Shown here in pieces: positions 39,640 through 53,590 of a stretch of 64,000 nt of DNA (within the stretch, counting starts at the first letter, position 1; each line of letters starts with the position of its first letter). The notes beneath the pieces are model-generated. The model was given only the letters and a program-made list of their open reading frames with translations. It had not been told where the DNA came from and searched no databases. This DNA comes from Felis catus (taxonomy: Eukaryota), in assembly GCF_018350175.1 (NCBI RefSeq), contig NC_058368.1, forward strand, positions 170,130,001 through 170,194,000. Reading direction: 5' to 3'. Made by a program: the position numbers and the translations under genes.

Positions 39640-39746
39640 AAATTGCAGTCCTTGGACCATCATTATCTGTCATTACCTGGTAGCATGTTATAAATACAGA
39701 ATGTCAGGCCCTCCTCCTATATGTGGTAAAGTCTGAGAAAGACTGA
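39640..39746. mobile_element. MER5-like hAT-Charlie fragment
   Basis: cattacctggtagcatgttataaatacagaatgtcaggcc...aaagtctgagaaagactg. Confidence 0.5.
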
Positions 39747-39749
39747 TGT

Positions 39750-40215
39750 AGTAGATTAAGAAAAGGACTAATGTGGGAATATCCATTTTCTAGTTGTGTG
39801 ATCTTGCACAAACTGTTTAACATCTCTGAGAAGTTTTCCTTATTTCTAAAATGGGAAGGTGATAATACTCCCCTTTACAGTGTTATTATAAAGGTTAAAC
39901 ACAAAAATTGAATACATTTTCTAGCACAGTGTCTGATATAAAAAATTCTTCAATAAATGTTAGTGCCTTGTTTATATTTAATTTTAGAGAAAGAGGACAC
40001 AACAGAGTGGAAATAGCAGAGCCTTGGGATTAAGTTCACTCATAGATGTATCCACCATCAGCCACTTATTTTAATCACGTTTAGACTCAGACATTCCCAT
40101 CTGGGTGGATCATGGCGGTGGTGGGAGAGTTATGAGGTGTAGACGAGTTAATATATGTAAGATACTTAGCACAGTGCCTGGCTCACTGTAAGTTCTACAA
40201 ATATTTTTGTTCTCC
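39750..40215 (+). mobile_element. Two adjacent MIR elements
   Basis: tgtgtgatcttgcacaa...ctagcacagtgtctg; second copy ends cttagcacagtgcctggctcac. Confidence 0.65.
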
Positions 40216-41382
40216 TAAAACAATGTATCTGTTACATTAGAATCCTGTTGATAAGTATTTAAAGAGACTGTACTCTTCCAAAAATACATCTCCCTTTCCA
40301 CACTCAGACTTTCTATTTATGTCAAAAGAAGAGCCATATGTGGAGGAGGAGAGAGGTAGGTACTGAGAAAGGAGTTCTATTAGGAGTTCTAGTTTGCTGC
40401 TTTGTAGAGTACATCCCGAGTATGGGAATATCATTAAGAATAAAATATGAATTTTAGTTTAAAGACCTCACCATAAACTGTTAACCATGAAGTATGTTAC
40501 CTGATGAGTCAAAGGTCCTCTGAATAAAGTCACGTATTCATTTTAGCTGTACATATTTCTTTTTGATATTTTAGGTCATATGCCAGATGGCAGAAAGCAT
40601 TTATACATGATGACTTTTCCTACATGTGCCGACATATGCTGCCGAATTGCCTCTACAGAAGAGTCTTGCTCATTGCAAGTCTCCCTGGAAGTATTTCAAA
40701 CAAAGCACATCAATTAACATTTGTTTATTATGCCACTGTGAGTATATGACGGTATTTTATTTCTATCCCAAATACTCAGGCAACATTTGGGTTTATATTG
40801 AATTTGTCAGATGAAGGGCTCATGTTTAGGGATCTATTTAGAATTATTTCTCTTTTCAAATATGCTATTAAATATTTCACCTCTCCTCTAACCTCCATTA
40901 AGGATCAGATTTCACAAACAGATAGAACGAGAATTATAGATGATAGAATGCTATTATGGTCAAAAAAAACATGTAAGACATGAGAGTACATATAATATCG
41001 TTAGTAAAAGGTTTACCAGTGATGCAGATAAATTGAGGTATTAAGTACAAAATTTTATTCATTAACTTCAATAGTTTATCATATGAATTGCATATTTATT
41101 TTTAAAATATAAAAAGAGAAATTTTCTACTTAATTCCATAAACATTGAGGTATAGTCAATCCTTCTGAAATAAATCCTTCTGACTATAATGTATGATAGT
41201 TTATAATTACGGCTATGTTTCACTCTGTGTAGGGAATATGATGATTACCTTACATGAGGAAAGGTTCTGGCAGCAAGGTGTTAGGAAGGAAAGAATAAAC
41301 AAAGGTTGTGCTATAAACATAGTCATTTGCATTAACTGAATAAAAGTGGAAAACCTATTTTATTTTAGACACAAGCATCTGA

Positions 41383-41612
41383 GGGGCCTCTGGGTGACTC
41401 AGTCAGTTAAGCGTCCAACTTGGGTTCAGGTCATGATCTCACCGTTCGTGGGTTCAAGCCTCTCATTGGGCTCTGTGCTGACAGCTCCGACCCTGGAGCC
41501 AGCTTCAGATTCTGTGTCTCCCTCTCTCTCTCTCTGCCCTCTCCCTGCTTGTGCTATGTCTCTGTCTCTCTCTCTCAAAAATAAATAAACATCTTAAAAA
41601 AGTTTTTAAAAA
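41383..41612 (+). mobile_element. CanSINE
   Basis: TSD aagcatctga. Confidence 0.93.
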
Positions 41613-42439
41613 GAAGCATCTGAGACACAAGCCCTCATAGCTTTTTTTTATATGTTCTCTATCCACATGGAACAGTGAGGGAGCACCTAAAAACTGACAG
41701 TTTTTATGACGTATAAAAGAAAGATTATGCCCATTTTATACCGTGGAACTTTTTACCAAAAAAGGTGTCACAGGCTAATAATGTAAGTGGTTCAATGGAA
41801 TTGGGGAATTAGTAAGCTATTAAGGAAAACTAAAAATGTTTAGTCATAAATAACTTTTGTAGTTTTATGACTGTGAATGTCTTCCCAATGCAGTGTCAAA
41901 AAAGAAAGAAAAGGAAACCTTGATTTACCATGCTCATCTTCTACTGTAAAATTAAACACACTTGCAAAGAGAAGTTACACAGAAACTATTGAGATTATTC
42001 CAGACAAGAACGCACAATATTAATAAATTCAAACTATTTGTTGTAATACATTACACCTATAGACCCTATGTGCACTGTTTTAAAATCGTTTGCTTTTGAC
42101 TTCTTCAGATGTGAGAAGTTAACTTATTTTACAGTATCACGATTAACTCCCTTAAGAAGGCAGCTTTTAAAATCTGAAATAAATATGAATATTATTTTCT
42201 TCAGAGAAATTAAGCATAAAGAGAAGGGATTTGAGTTGTGGAATTTAGGAGAGAAGATCACACAGGAGTAACATGAGAACACAGCACAGAGACTACGGAG
42301 AGAAAAACTGAGAACTGCACAGATGCTAATCACTTTGGTCATTTTCACTTGGTCATAATTGTTACTTGGTCATAATTACTTGTGGGGAATTTAAAGGAGT
42401 TAGTTTAGACATTATTCTTGAAACCTACTATAGACATGT

Positions 42440-44155
42440 TAATATGCAATCTGACATTAGAAAAATACCAGCTAATAATAAACTGAAAAAAAAAAACTTT
42501 TATGACCAAAGTCATAAAACTGATGCAAGGAAAACCACTGCCTAGGAGAAGAATAAACAGAGCAATTGATTAGACACTTAACTTTATGTCATATCTAATA
42601 CCAACCTAGAATTCTTGGCCAATAAAACTATCCTTCAAAATTAAATTGAATAAAAACCTTTTTAAGTAAATAAAAATTGACAGAATTAGCCAACAAGAGA
42701 TATTATTAAAATACAAAAGGATTTTCTTTGAGGAAAATAAAAATAATCCCATTGAGAAGGCCACAAATTTAAGAAGGGAGAGTAAGAAAAGAAACATGTA
42801 AATATGTGGGTAAGTCTAAAGAATACTGATTGTAAAACATATTAATAATATATGGATATCTATAAACCTACACATATACACACACAAACACCCCCCACAC
42901 ACACACACAACTAAAATGTTCAACAGGAAGATTATGTAAGTAAAGAGAAATAAATGGAGTTACAATATTTTAAGGCTGTTTTAAGGTCTAGGAAAATATT
43001 AAATTTTTTATATTAGATTTCAATACCACAAGGATTCACTTTGTCACATCTTGGGTAACAAGTAAAAGGTGTAACCACCAGACAAATGAAGGGGTAGGAT
43101 GAAATAATACAATATATAATAATAAGAGCATCGTCACTGGGCACAATAGAATTCAACAAAAATCAAAATCCTAAGTGTAATAGCAAAATCTCCCTATATG
43201 TGAATATTAAGTGATGAGCTTGAATAATCTGTGGCTCAAAACAGAATTAATAGTAGAAATTAGAAACTCTTTTGAGTTGGATGATAATTAAAATATTATT
43301 TATCACAACTTTCAGGTTACATCTAAATTAACATGTAGAGAGAAACTAATAGTATTAAAATCATATATTTGAAAAAAGCTGCAAGTCAGTGACAAATATG
43401 GTTTAATAATTTTGGAAAAGGAGCAACACATTAAATGAAAGGAAGTTATCAGAAGAAAATATAAATCTACTATAAGATATTAAAAATTAGAGAAAACATA
43501 ATACAGAATATCAGTATCAAGAGAATCAAAAGCTGCTTTTTAAAAGACAAAGAAGTTGATTAGACTCTTGGCCTGACAGCTTAAAAAGAAACAAAAGCAA
43601 AAATAACAAGAGTAAAGAATGAAGGAGATAATACCATGTCAGATCCTAAAGACCTTAAGATATCATAGAAAGAAAATGTGAAAACCTTGATAAATCTTTT
43701 AAAATGCAGATGAAATTCCTAAAAAAAAGAAAAGAAAACTAATGCAAGGAAAATTAAAGTATAGGAAGGTATATAACTATAAAAATTATTCTGCAATTAG
43801 AAACTTTCTGTAAGTATCCATGATGAAATGGCTCCATTGTAAATACTACAGAATTTTTAAGGAAGAAATGATGACATGTTACAAAATCCTTCCAGAGAAT
43901 AGGAAAAAAAGATAATCACTTCCCAATTCATTCTATAAATCCAGTATAACTTTGATACAAAAATTTATAAGAAAACATTGAAGGAAAAAATATTAGAGAA
44001 CAGTTGTACCCATTGAACATGGATGCAAAATGTTAAGCAAAATATTATCAAAGCAAATATGACAATATTAAAAAGGTTATTACATCAAGTGTTTTTATTC
44101 CGGGAATGCAATGACTCTTCAACATTAGAAAAAGCAAGCGATGTAATTTACCACA
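42440..44155 (+). mobile_element. Old L1ME-like fragments (ORF1 end and ORF2)
   Basis: agaattcttggccaataaaactatccttcaa; cttcccaattcattcta; tttattccgggaatgcaa. Confidence 0.6.
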
Positions 44156-44159
44156 GTAT

Positions 44160-44345
44160 CCATGGGTAAATTATTTCACCTCTCAAAAAGTTTAAATTCC
44201 TTATTTAAAGTTTCAATTTCCTCATCTGTAAAATCAAGAGCATGAAAATACAAATATCATGTGTTTTGTATGAGGATTAAATAATTAATGAATGTAAAGT
44301 GCTTAGCACGTGGCACACAGCACATGCTCAACAAATCTATTATCA
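44160..44345 (+). mobile_element. MIR
   Basis: tttcctcatctgtaaaat...gaggattaaa...aaagtgcttagcacg. Confidence 0.75.
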
Positions 44346-44439
44346 GTGCCTTTTAAAAATGATAAATATGAAAGAAAAAAAGCAATATTTACATTGAACA
44401 ATTTAGCAGACTGAAGTCTCATTTATGCAATTCTCGGAA

Positions 44440-44920
44440 ACCTTTTATTATGCAAACAATTCACCCCACAACTTTAAGGTTTAACAGCTATTTATTCAGC
44501 CCCCAGTTCCACAGGTCAACAATTGAAGGTAGAGATAGCAGAATGGTTCTTCTGGTCTTAGCTGGACTCATTCATGTGTCTGTAGTCAGCTGTTTGGTCA
44601 GTTAAGAACTGGCTAGTCTTGGGAGGAGGCACTGGATCAATTAGGATGACTAGTCTCTGCACAATGCGGTCTCTCATTTACCATCTGGGTAACTTGGATT
44701 TGCTCACATGGCAGTTACAGGGTTCCACGAGAACAAGAGAGGGCAGGCCCCAATACATAAGTGTTTTTAAATTTCCCATTTGTATAACATTGATAGTCTT
44801 ACTTTCTAAATCAAGTCATGTGATCAAGCCAAGAATTTGAGTATAGAAGGAATCATGCCAAGGATGTGAATATAGGGAATCGTGAATAAAATGAGGACAA
44901 TTACTCTAATAATATACCAA
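44440..44920 (-). mobile_element. MaLR LTR (MLT1F/G/H-like)
   Basis: ctggactcattcatgtgtctgtagtcagctg; tcacatggcag; caagtcatgtgatcaagcc. Confidence 0.7.
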
Positions 44921-47791
44921 AAGTCCTAAGCAATTATTCATTATTTTAAAAAGATATAAGAAATTGTATACATGATTTTACCCAACATAAATTACCCACC
45001 TATTAAAATTGTTCGTTAGAACAATTTTCTCCCAAAACTCATTGTTTTACTTAGCATTCCTATTTTTATGAAGCCATTTCTAAGTCTCTAAGACTTTAGC
45101 TTGGTAACCCAAACATAACTTTCAAATATAGTGCCTACTACTGCCCAATTCAAGACTTTTTCTCCAACGAGGCAAGTAAACCAATGGCTTTTTCTTACGT
45201 GGTGTTCTTATTTCTGCTCGGCTCACAATATTTCCTTATCTAAGAGATTCACTCTTTGACGCTGCTCCCTTGAGTCATTTAACATAACTCATCATTTAAG
45301 TTTCCAGCTCAAGTACTACTTAAAGATGACAATAACGTATTCCATATTAATATAAGAAGAAAGTTAGAAACCAAACATCTGAACTCCCTTGTGTACCATG
45401 AACTTTGATGGGAATAGCCATACATATAACATTCCATCTTCTGAATCTTCTGTCTTCTGAATAAGACAGTAAAAATTATTGTATAAAGGTCATTTTTTGG
45501 ACTTCCTGTGTCTTCCATAGAATTCAGCATGGCAAAATAGATTTAGGATCTAATATGTACATATTTATTTCATATTTTTTAATGAATTTGGTAAAAAAAA
45601 TTATACTAATTTCTTAGTGTATATACTTGTAGTATCTTAAATAAAGGAATTCAAACTAAGTTAAGTGATATTTCAAAGACACTGACTAGGCACTCTATCA
45701 CTTATAACCATAAATCATATATTTTGTTATCCAATAATCTAAATGTCTCTATCTCTACCTAACTTATAATATAGATCTAGAGTGAATTGTATCTTTTAGT
45801 TAATCTATCTAATGCAAATTAAACTTATTTCTTATATTAAATATGTACTATACCTAAGTTAATTTAACTGCCTTTAGAAATTTCTAATTTAGATTTTTCT
45901 CTGAGGAAAACTTGCCTTTCCATACATTTACTATTTAAAATGAATGAAAGTATCCCTTAGAAGTCTTCTAACTAAACATTAAAAACTAATTAGCACATCT
46001 AGTGGTTATGCTTTTGTCTATTCTTTTATTCTCAGAGCTGACTGCTTGAGTAAAGAAAGGTCTTTCCTTGGACCTAGCAAACAAAAAATATTTGCTATGT
46101 CCGATTAACTGACTTATGAATGTCAAATGCAATTATCTATAGATACTTAGTAAAATTTGAAGAAGGAAGACTATCCTATACCAAATGAATGGCCCTGTAA
46201 GCAGGCATTTAAATAGAATTCTAATTATAGAAATGACAAATTTGAGTTGGCTTATGTATTTGGTTACAGTATACAATCCATTTGAGATGTGAAGTGGCAT
46301 ATAAAAATAGATACAAAACCAAAGAATAATATGAACAACTGAAAATTCATGTAAAATGAAAAAACAAAGACAAAATAATAAGACTCAGTGAGATGAATGC
46401 ATGTCGTCCTCTGTTTCTATTTCAAAACTAGCCAAAATTTGACTCTCATTTTTTTAAAAACTCTATTGAGCAGCTTATCCAAAATAATAATAAAGTTCAG
46501 ACAGCACATGAAACTAAGAAAGATTTATTTCTTAAATCTCAGCAAAGAGGATACTCGATGATATAGTGGTCATCACTATAATAGATCCAGTAGTGATTAT
46601 TTAAAAATTTTTCTATGTTCTGTCCACAAGTAAGGATAAAACTGAAGCGTGGTTGCATAAAAGCAAGCCCACGGAATCCAAAACAACATAGTTCAAGTGG
46701 ACAGCTCTTGACTGTCTTTCTCTGTGAAAAATATATTAGACATCTAGAGAAAAGGAATGCATATTTTTAGATAGTCCTCCATAAAGATTCTTACTCGAAA
46801 TCACATTTATGTTTAAAAAGCAAGGAGTTTAAGGTTTTGTTTTCTACTAAGAATCTAGAGGGTAGATACTCTGTGTTGCAATGATGGCCCACCCATATGC
46901 TTTGACAATTGATTAGGCAGAGTGAATTCATTATTTGTTCTTCTTACTTGTTAACATTAATTCACATCCCTAATTATTATTAGAAAACAGGATATTAAGG
47001 GTGTTAGGATAATTGCATCTGTAAACACTAGAAAGAATCAGAAACTTTCAATGAAAGGGTAAAAAAAAAAGTGTACTTTAGGATAACAAACAAATTAACC
47101 TAGCTCAAAATAAGACATAGAAAAGAAAAAAACTGGTAGGAGATTAAAAATATCATAGGATACCATATGGATAAAGCATCACTGGAAAATCACATTTGCA
47201 TTTCATGAAGAATGGATAGCTAATTTCATAATGATTTTCTTTGAAAGTGAAGAAAAAAAATTATGTAGTCATTCAAACAGAACTAGAAAAACCAAGAACT
47301 TGTAAAATACATTTTTAACTTTAAAGAAAAAGACTAGTGTTAGTGAATCCAGATTTGCAATTTATATTATCTAACGCTAGAAAGAAAAACTTACAAATAA
47401 GATAACTAAAAATAACTTATCCAAATTGAGACACTTTTGAGAGTGAATTAATTCATTACTTTCTTATTAGAAAGCTAGAAAATTAGGCCTAGACCAGGCT
47501 AACCTGGGCAAACTGGAATGCATGGTCAGTATACTTAAAATTCTCACAGTCACAAACCTGAGGCAGAAGTTATTCCTTCCCCCAAATCACCTCCTCTCTT
47601 CAAGCTTCTTAGTCAGAAGAGTACCAACACTCTTATCTTTAACTAAACCTAGATCAGTATTCAATTTTAAAAATGGTTTTGCCAGCTGTGAGTCAGTGAC
47701 ACTCACTGAATATGGACATTCTCTTTTCCTTAGAGAGAAAGGACAAACACTTCTTGATAATGGAGGTACCAATTTATTGCCCTGGCTTTTA

Positions 47792-48013
<222 letters not shown>

Positions 48014-49060
48014 TTATTCATCTTAGTAATGCACAATTTTGTGAAAAAGAAGAACTGTGGTTTTACTAATACAGTGTTGTAAAGTCTGAAATTCTGAGCT
48101 TTGGAATTTGTTTTACTCTTCACAGCTCCTACTCCTTTAATTTTAAAAGATCACAGCTTACTTTAAAATTTCTAGTCGTAAGAAAAGATCTGGACCTATT
48201 ATCATACCTCATAAATGTAAAAGTTGGGCAGGTGAAGTAGGAACTATGTATTTAAAAAAAAAAAACTTTGGAATTCAAGGAAAGAGGAATTTGTTCAAGG
48301 CAATATGAATATTTAAACCACCATGTGAATTTTTATAACAAATTAGAGAATAGGAGAAAAATCAAGCTCTATGAAACACACCATTTGAACCAAGAAGAAA
48401 GCCTTGAAAATAATGTGAAAAGCAGACAAAAATTGCCAATATAATTATAGGCTGGAAGTTTTTTTTTTTTTAATAGAGACATAAATCAACTGAAACAGAG
48501 GAAAGGGAACAATGAATCCAGAAAAGATTTTTAAAAGTCTAAGACAATCTTCTTTCTAAAACTTATATACCAATTAGCGATTTATATAAATTATCAAGGT
48601 CCACATTTAAAATACACCTCTCCCATACAGAAAGGAGGAAAAAGTTTCTCTTTACTCTTTATCTTAATTATTTCTTACCTCAGTGGTATAGTGCTATATA
48701 ATACTATTCAGGAAAAGAGAATTCTAATTTAGATAGAGATGGGATAAATTTGTAGAATGAACTACTACAGCAGGTCTCAAAGGGGATATGAACTGAAGTT
48801 AGTCAAAGAGGAACATGAGAGTATGAGTATATGCAAAGCAGGTAAGAACAACAGGAGGAAGAGAAGGTTCAGGAAGGGCTTTAGAGTCAATTGAATTTTG
48901 TATTGTACTGTCCTCCAAATCCTGATGACCGCCTGTGTGACACTGGAACTCATCAGTTCTCTTCTTGAATAAAGATAAAGCACAATATGAAAAAATGATA
49001 ATCCTCAACTTTTCCTAATTCAATCTAGATTTTTATAATCCAAGCTACATAATAATAATA

Positions 49061-49276
49061 TTTTTTTTAATTTGTTAATGCTCATTTTTTATTTTTGAGA
49101 GAGAGAGGCAGAGCATAAGTGGGGGAAGAGCAGAGGGGGAAACACAGAATTCGAAGCAGGCTCCAGGCTCTGAGCTGTCAGCACAGAGCCCAACACAGAG
49201 CTCAAACCCACAAACCGTGAGATCATGACCTGAGCCAAAGTTGGATGCTTAACTGACTGAGCCACCCAGATGCCCC
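49061..49276 (-). mobile_element. CanSINE
   Basis: T tail, ends gagccacccagatgcccc; aataataat TSD. Confidence 0.93.
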
Positions 49277-49436
49277 AATAATAATTATTATAGTTATAAC
49301 TAGAAAACTTGGGCATTCCTACTACTATGTGCCCTTATTCTAGGCCTCATTACAGTCCTGCTATGATGACCGTATTACAGTTAGCATAATAGAAGGAACA
49401 TATGACCTTCAACTCAGGTTAGAAACCCCCCTAGCA

Positions 49437-49642
49437 AGGGCACCTGGGTGGCTTAGTTGGTTGAGCGTCTGACTTCGACTTAAAAGTCATGATCTCATGG
49501 TTTGTAAGTTCAACCCCACATCGAGTTCTGTGTTGTCAGCACGGAGCCCACTTTGGATCCTCTGTTCCCCTCTCTCTCTCTGCACCTCTCCCACTCATAC
49601 TCTCTCTCTCTCTCAAAAATAAATAAAACATTTTTTTAAAAC
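49437..49642 (+). mobile_element. CanSINE
   Basis: TSD aaa(c/t)cccctagca. Confidence 0.92.
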
Positions 49643-50023
49643 AGGAAAATCCCCTAGCATGACACAGATGATGAGTGACAGAGCCAAGTGAAGGAGAGTC
49701 TAATCTTACGCCATGCAGCATAGGCTCTCCAATTCAGACAAGTGCTTGCCTTCCTTCTATTCCATTCATAGGAAACAGACTAGAGGGTAGAAAGAGGAGG
49801 CAGAATGGAAAGTATGTACACGTTTTACAAGTGGGAGAAGGAAGGCAAATGTCCAGCTTCCAAACTTAAGGCACCTTTCATCCTTTCTATTGATACTTTG
49901 AAAGAGATAGTGTAAACTATAGGTAAGCAGCCAATTCTTTTGAAAATGTAATTCTCCCCATAAAAACTTTACAAGTTAAAATTAGTATGCTGCCATATTT
50001 GAAATTACATGTATGAATTGATA

Positions 50024-50655
50024 CCAGCAAGATGGCAGAATAGGACATCCCCAGCATTCATCCCCTCATAGAAACAACAACTTGGCAGCCATCCATAAAC
50101 AAAAGTGCCTTTTTCAGGACCTTGGGACCCAGGTAGGAGGTTGTGAAACCCCAGTGGAAACAAGACTGAGGAGGCAGTCCCAGCCCAGGTGGAACACCTG
50201 TTGGCAGTTATGTGGTCCCAGCCACGGACCTGGAAGCATCCTTGCCCACCCTGTGAACTCAGCTCCAGCCCTTTTGATCCACAAAGGATCTCCAGCAAAG
50301 GACCCAGGAAAACCCATGCCTGTTGGTGCCTCTGGTAACAGGCCTGCTGTCTGTTGGCCCTGAAGCAGCTCTGTGACCTGGCTCCAGCCTCACTCTACCA
50401 TGGTACAGAAGCAGCTCTTCTGACCCAGAAACCCCCACCACGGGCCCTGGCAGGAGAGTGTTCAGGGATGTGGCAGGGGCCAAATCTACTTGCATCCCAG
50501 GTAACAGGCCTAACATCTGGAGATACAGAAGTGGTTCCATAATCACATTTCCACCCTGCTCAACCATGGTCCTGGAGGTGGTCCCATCCACTTAGGGACC
50601 CAGCAGGAACTCTGCCTAGTCATTCCTTTGGCAATAGGCCCACTGACTCCTCGTC
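50024..50655 (+). mobile_element. Isolated L1 5'-UTR-like fragment
   Basis: Begins caagatggcagaatagga (typical L1 5' terminus); GC-rich ~630 bp; no ORF1 follows. Confidence 0.65.
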
Positions 50656-50745
50656 GAGAGGTAACTATAAGAAGACAGAGGGTAGAGGATGATAGTGAGG
50701 ATCTCAAATTGAACTGAGGTAGAGAGCTCATATTAGAAATGGATA

Positions 50746-50945
50746 GGGGTGCCTGGCTGGTTCAGTGGGTGGAGCATGCAACTCTTGACCTTGGGGTCAT
50801 GTGTTTAAGCCCCATGTTAGGTGTAGAGTTTACTTTTAAAAATAGAAATTTTGGGGGCACTTGGGTGGCTTATTTAGTGGAGCAGGCAACTCTTGATCTT
50901 GGGGTGATGAATTAGAGCCCCAAGTTGGGTATGGAATCTAAGAAA
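50746..50945 (+). mobile_element. Tandem pair of short tRNA-derived SINE monomers (SINEC_old-like)
   Basis: Two ~95-bp heads (50746-50845, 50853-50945) lacking CT tracts; outer TSD agaaatggata. Confidence 0.85.
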
Positions 50946-51694
50946 AGAAATGGATAAGGTAAAATAACTAAAGATAAATAGGATCAGATTAAGTGGTAGA
51001 TGTTTGAGCAAAAGAGTAATGTTATATGTGTTCCATGACATGTTACATCTATTCCAGCAATAAACTGGGAAACCAATGTGGGAGCTTTATAAGGCAATCT
51101 AGGTCTTTATTGTGATAAGCAGCAGGAGCTTGGAGAGTAAAGGACAAACTTAAGACATTATGGAGAAGATCTAATAAGAATTCTTAGCTATGGAGGAGAA
51201 GAAAAACATGAAGTAGAGAGGAAAAGTACATATTTAAGTTAAGGAACTGGAAACAATAATGAAATCACTTATAGAAAAGAGATTGTTGTAGAGGAGCCAA
51301 TTTGGAGAGAAAGGAGATAAAATAATATTTGGGAAATGTGGCATAATAGGGTGTAAGGGGAATCTAACTTTCAGAGGCCTATAGCTTGTTGTAAAAATAT
51401 AGCTAAAATTTAAGTGAAACAGCAAAAGTGAAATTATGGATTTGTGAATCTAACAGAAAAATAAGTTTGGAACTCAATATGAGCAACAAAACAATTATGA
51501 GTTTTAAATTAATAATTCTGGAATTGAGAACCTCAAAAATTATGCAGTTTTGAGCAATATGACAAATAAAACATACTGTGAATTTTAACCTTTTTATATA
51601 TTTTTTTAAAGGCTCCCAAACTCTTTACATTAATAAGAATGATTGATATAAGTACATATAAGCTACCTTCATATATTTTAAATTATCAGTTACA

Positions 51695-51883
51695 GAGGTT
51701 ATAGTCAGTTTAGTGTCCAACTCTTGATTTTGGCTCAGGCTACAATCCCAGTCTTAAGATTGAGCCAGCATTGGGCTCCATGCTGAGTATTGAGTCTGCT
51801 TAAGATTCTCTCTCTCCCCACTTCTCCCTCTACCCCTCCCCTGCTTGTGTGCGCTTTTTCTCTCCAAAAATATAGATATGTAG

Positions 51884-51915
<32 letters not shown>

Positions 51916-51917
51916 CA
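51695..51917 (+). mobile_element. Old CanSINE with a (GATA)n tail
   Basis: ccaactcttgattttggctcagg...CT tract, followed by gatagatagata. Confidence 0.82.
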
Positions 51918-52052
51918 GAATCCACAAGACCAGTGATGAGCCCATAAAATATATTTTGGTAACTGAATTCTCAAAACTCACCAAACTTGTAAAATACTGT
52001 TGTTGATTTTTAAAATGAGCTCTTCACCTATTCATTTAAACTACAATGAAAT

Positions 52053-52220
52053 GGGGCACCTGGGTGGCTCAGTCAGTTAAGCATCTAACTTTGGCTCGGG
52101 TCATGATCTCATGGTTCGTGAGTTTGAGCCTTGTATCAGGCTTTCTGCTATCAGCACAGAGTCCAGTTTGGATCTTCTGTTTCTTTCTCTCTCTGCCTCT
52201 CCCCTGCTTGTTCCCTGCTT

Positions 52221-52261
<41 letters not shown>

Positions 52262-52286
52262 ATAAATAAACAAACTTAAAAAAAGT
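52053..52286 (+). mobile_element. CanSINE
   Basis: TSD aaactaca(a/g)tgaa. Confidence 0.94.
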
Positions 52287-53019
52287 AAACTACAGTGAAG
52301 TATTGCTTATGAATAATATTTGCAGGGAAAATCTATTACGGTTCCAATCCACTGACAGTTAATGAAAAAAAAAAAAGCCTTACAAAGACAGCTGAGATGT
52401 GTTACAACTGTCATAAAAGGTAGAATGCAGTCCAATATGCACATCTTGACATTTGATAAGAAGCATGTCTGCTATGAAACTCCTCATCCAGGGACCAAGC
52501 TGAAGAATAAGGCACTCTTCTGTTCTGCTTTGAGTGACCCTGTGGCAGCCATCAAAGATGTTCCTTTAAATATACTAAAAGAAAATGTGTCTGTCTGCAG
52601 CTAAACAGACAGTATTCTAGGAAATAACAAAGCTGAACCAAAACAAAATTCTTAATAAATCTTGAAAACTTATTAAGAAACTATGCTGTTTGAAAATCAG
52701 TATTATGATCCTTTCTTTGTAGCAATGTTTTATTTTAGTGGTTTGAACTACAGGGAAGCCCTTAATGGCCAGTCTAGATATTTAGATTTCACAAATGCAG
52801 TGAATGTGGAATATGAGTATTTCTACTCAGATGAATGAGTATAAATGAACACAGCCTGTACAATTTTGAGAAATATAATTTGGCAGAATCAAATGTATCA
52901 CTAAAAGGTAACCTGAATGTAAAATGTAGTGTAAAACATGGTCTTTGTGAAATGCCATATATAGGAAAAGAACTAGATCAATGCCAAGAAACCAATGGAT
53001 AAGAACCAGTCAGCAAGCC

Positions 53020-53590
53020 AGGCATTTAACAAATATTTACTGAATCAAGGCTATGTACCAACTGCTGTTCTAATGTGCCAAAGAAAAAGACAGTGTAACT
53101 GCTCTCAGGACACTTAATGCTAGTAGAGAAAGACAGATACTAAAAAAGTAAACAGGACAGTGTCAGTTGATAATGAGTGTTAGGAAAATAATAGAAGGTG
53201 TTAATGTGTTCAACAGTGACTAGAGAAGAAAACTATAGACACAATGAGAGAAAGACCACCATGAAGACATCATATTCAAGACAAGATCTAATGCATTTTT
53301 AAAAAGTTAACCATCCAAGGAGCGGGAGGAAATGCAGCATCTGTGAGTGCAGAGGCATCTTTTGAATGATCATGGCCAATTTGTAAGCCATGGAAAGGAG
53401 TTTGGAATTTATTCTTAGTGTAATGAAAAGTTAACAGAGCATTTGAAATGAACAAACCTGCTTCATGTTTTAAAAATCATCTGGGCTTCCTGATGGAAAA
53501 TGGGTTCTAGGGAGCATTAAGGAAACAGGGAGACTTTTAGTTTTTTGCAGTAGTCTAGAAGAAAAGTGAGGAGTACATAGACTTGGGAGT
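53020..53590 (-). mobile_element. L2 3' fragment (resumes after the LTR at ~54135-54200)
   Basis: catttaacaaatatttactga; aaggagtttggaatttattct. Confidence 0.7.

Noticed and set aside
41842..41872. Small imperfect hairpin agtcataaa...tttatgact
   Set aside because: A short AT-rich stem expected by chance in 64 kb.
45309..45530. Minus-strand ORF with a possible acceptor (ttattcag)
   Set aside because: No recognisable homology, and the two real exons already join in frame without it.
48777..49008. Minus-strand ORF with DLEDSTIQNSID, superficially like TMEM232 DYEEDVRIQNAIN
   Set aside because: The true exon for that segment is at 47798-47976; the similarity is short and likely chance.
50005..50731. 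Cluster of overlapping ORFs suggesting a gene or CpG island
   Set aside because: Explained by the GC-rich L1 5'-UTR-like sequence; CpG is depleted and there is no protein similarity.
50746..50825. tRNA-like sequence with A/B boxes
   Set aside because: Degenerate SINE head with an A tail and TSD, not a tRNA gene.
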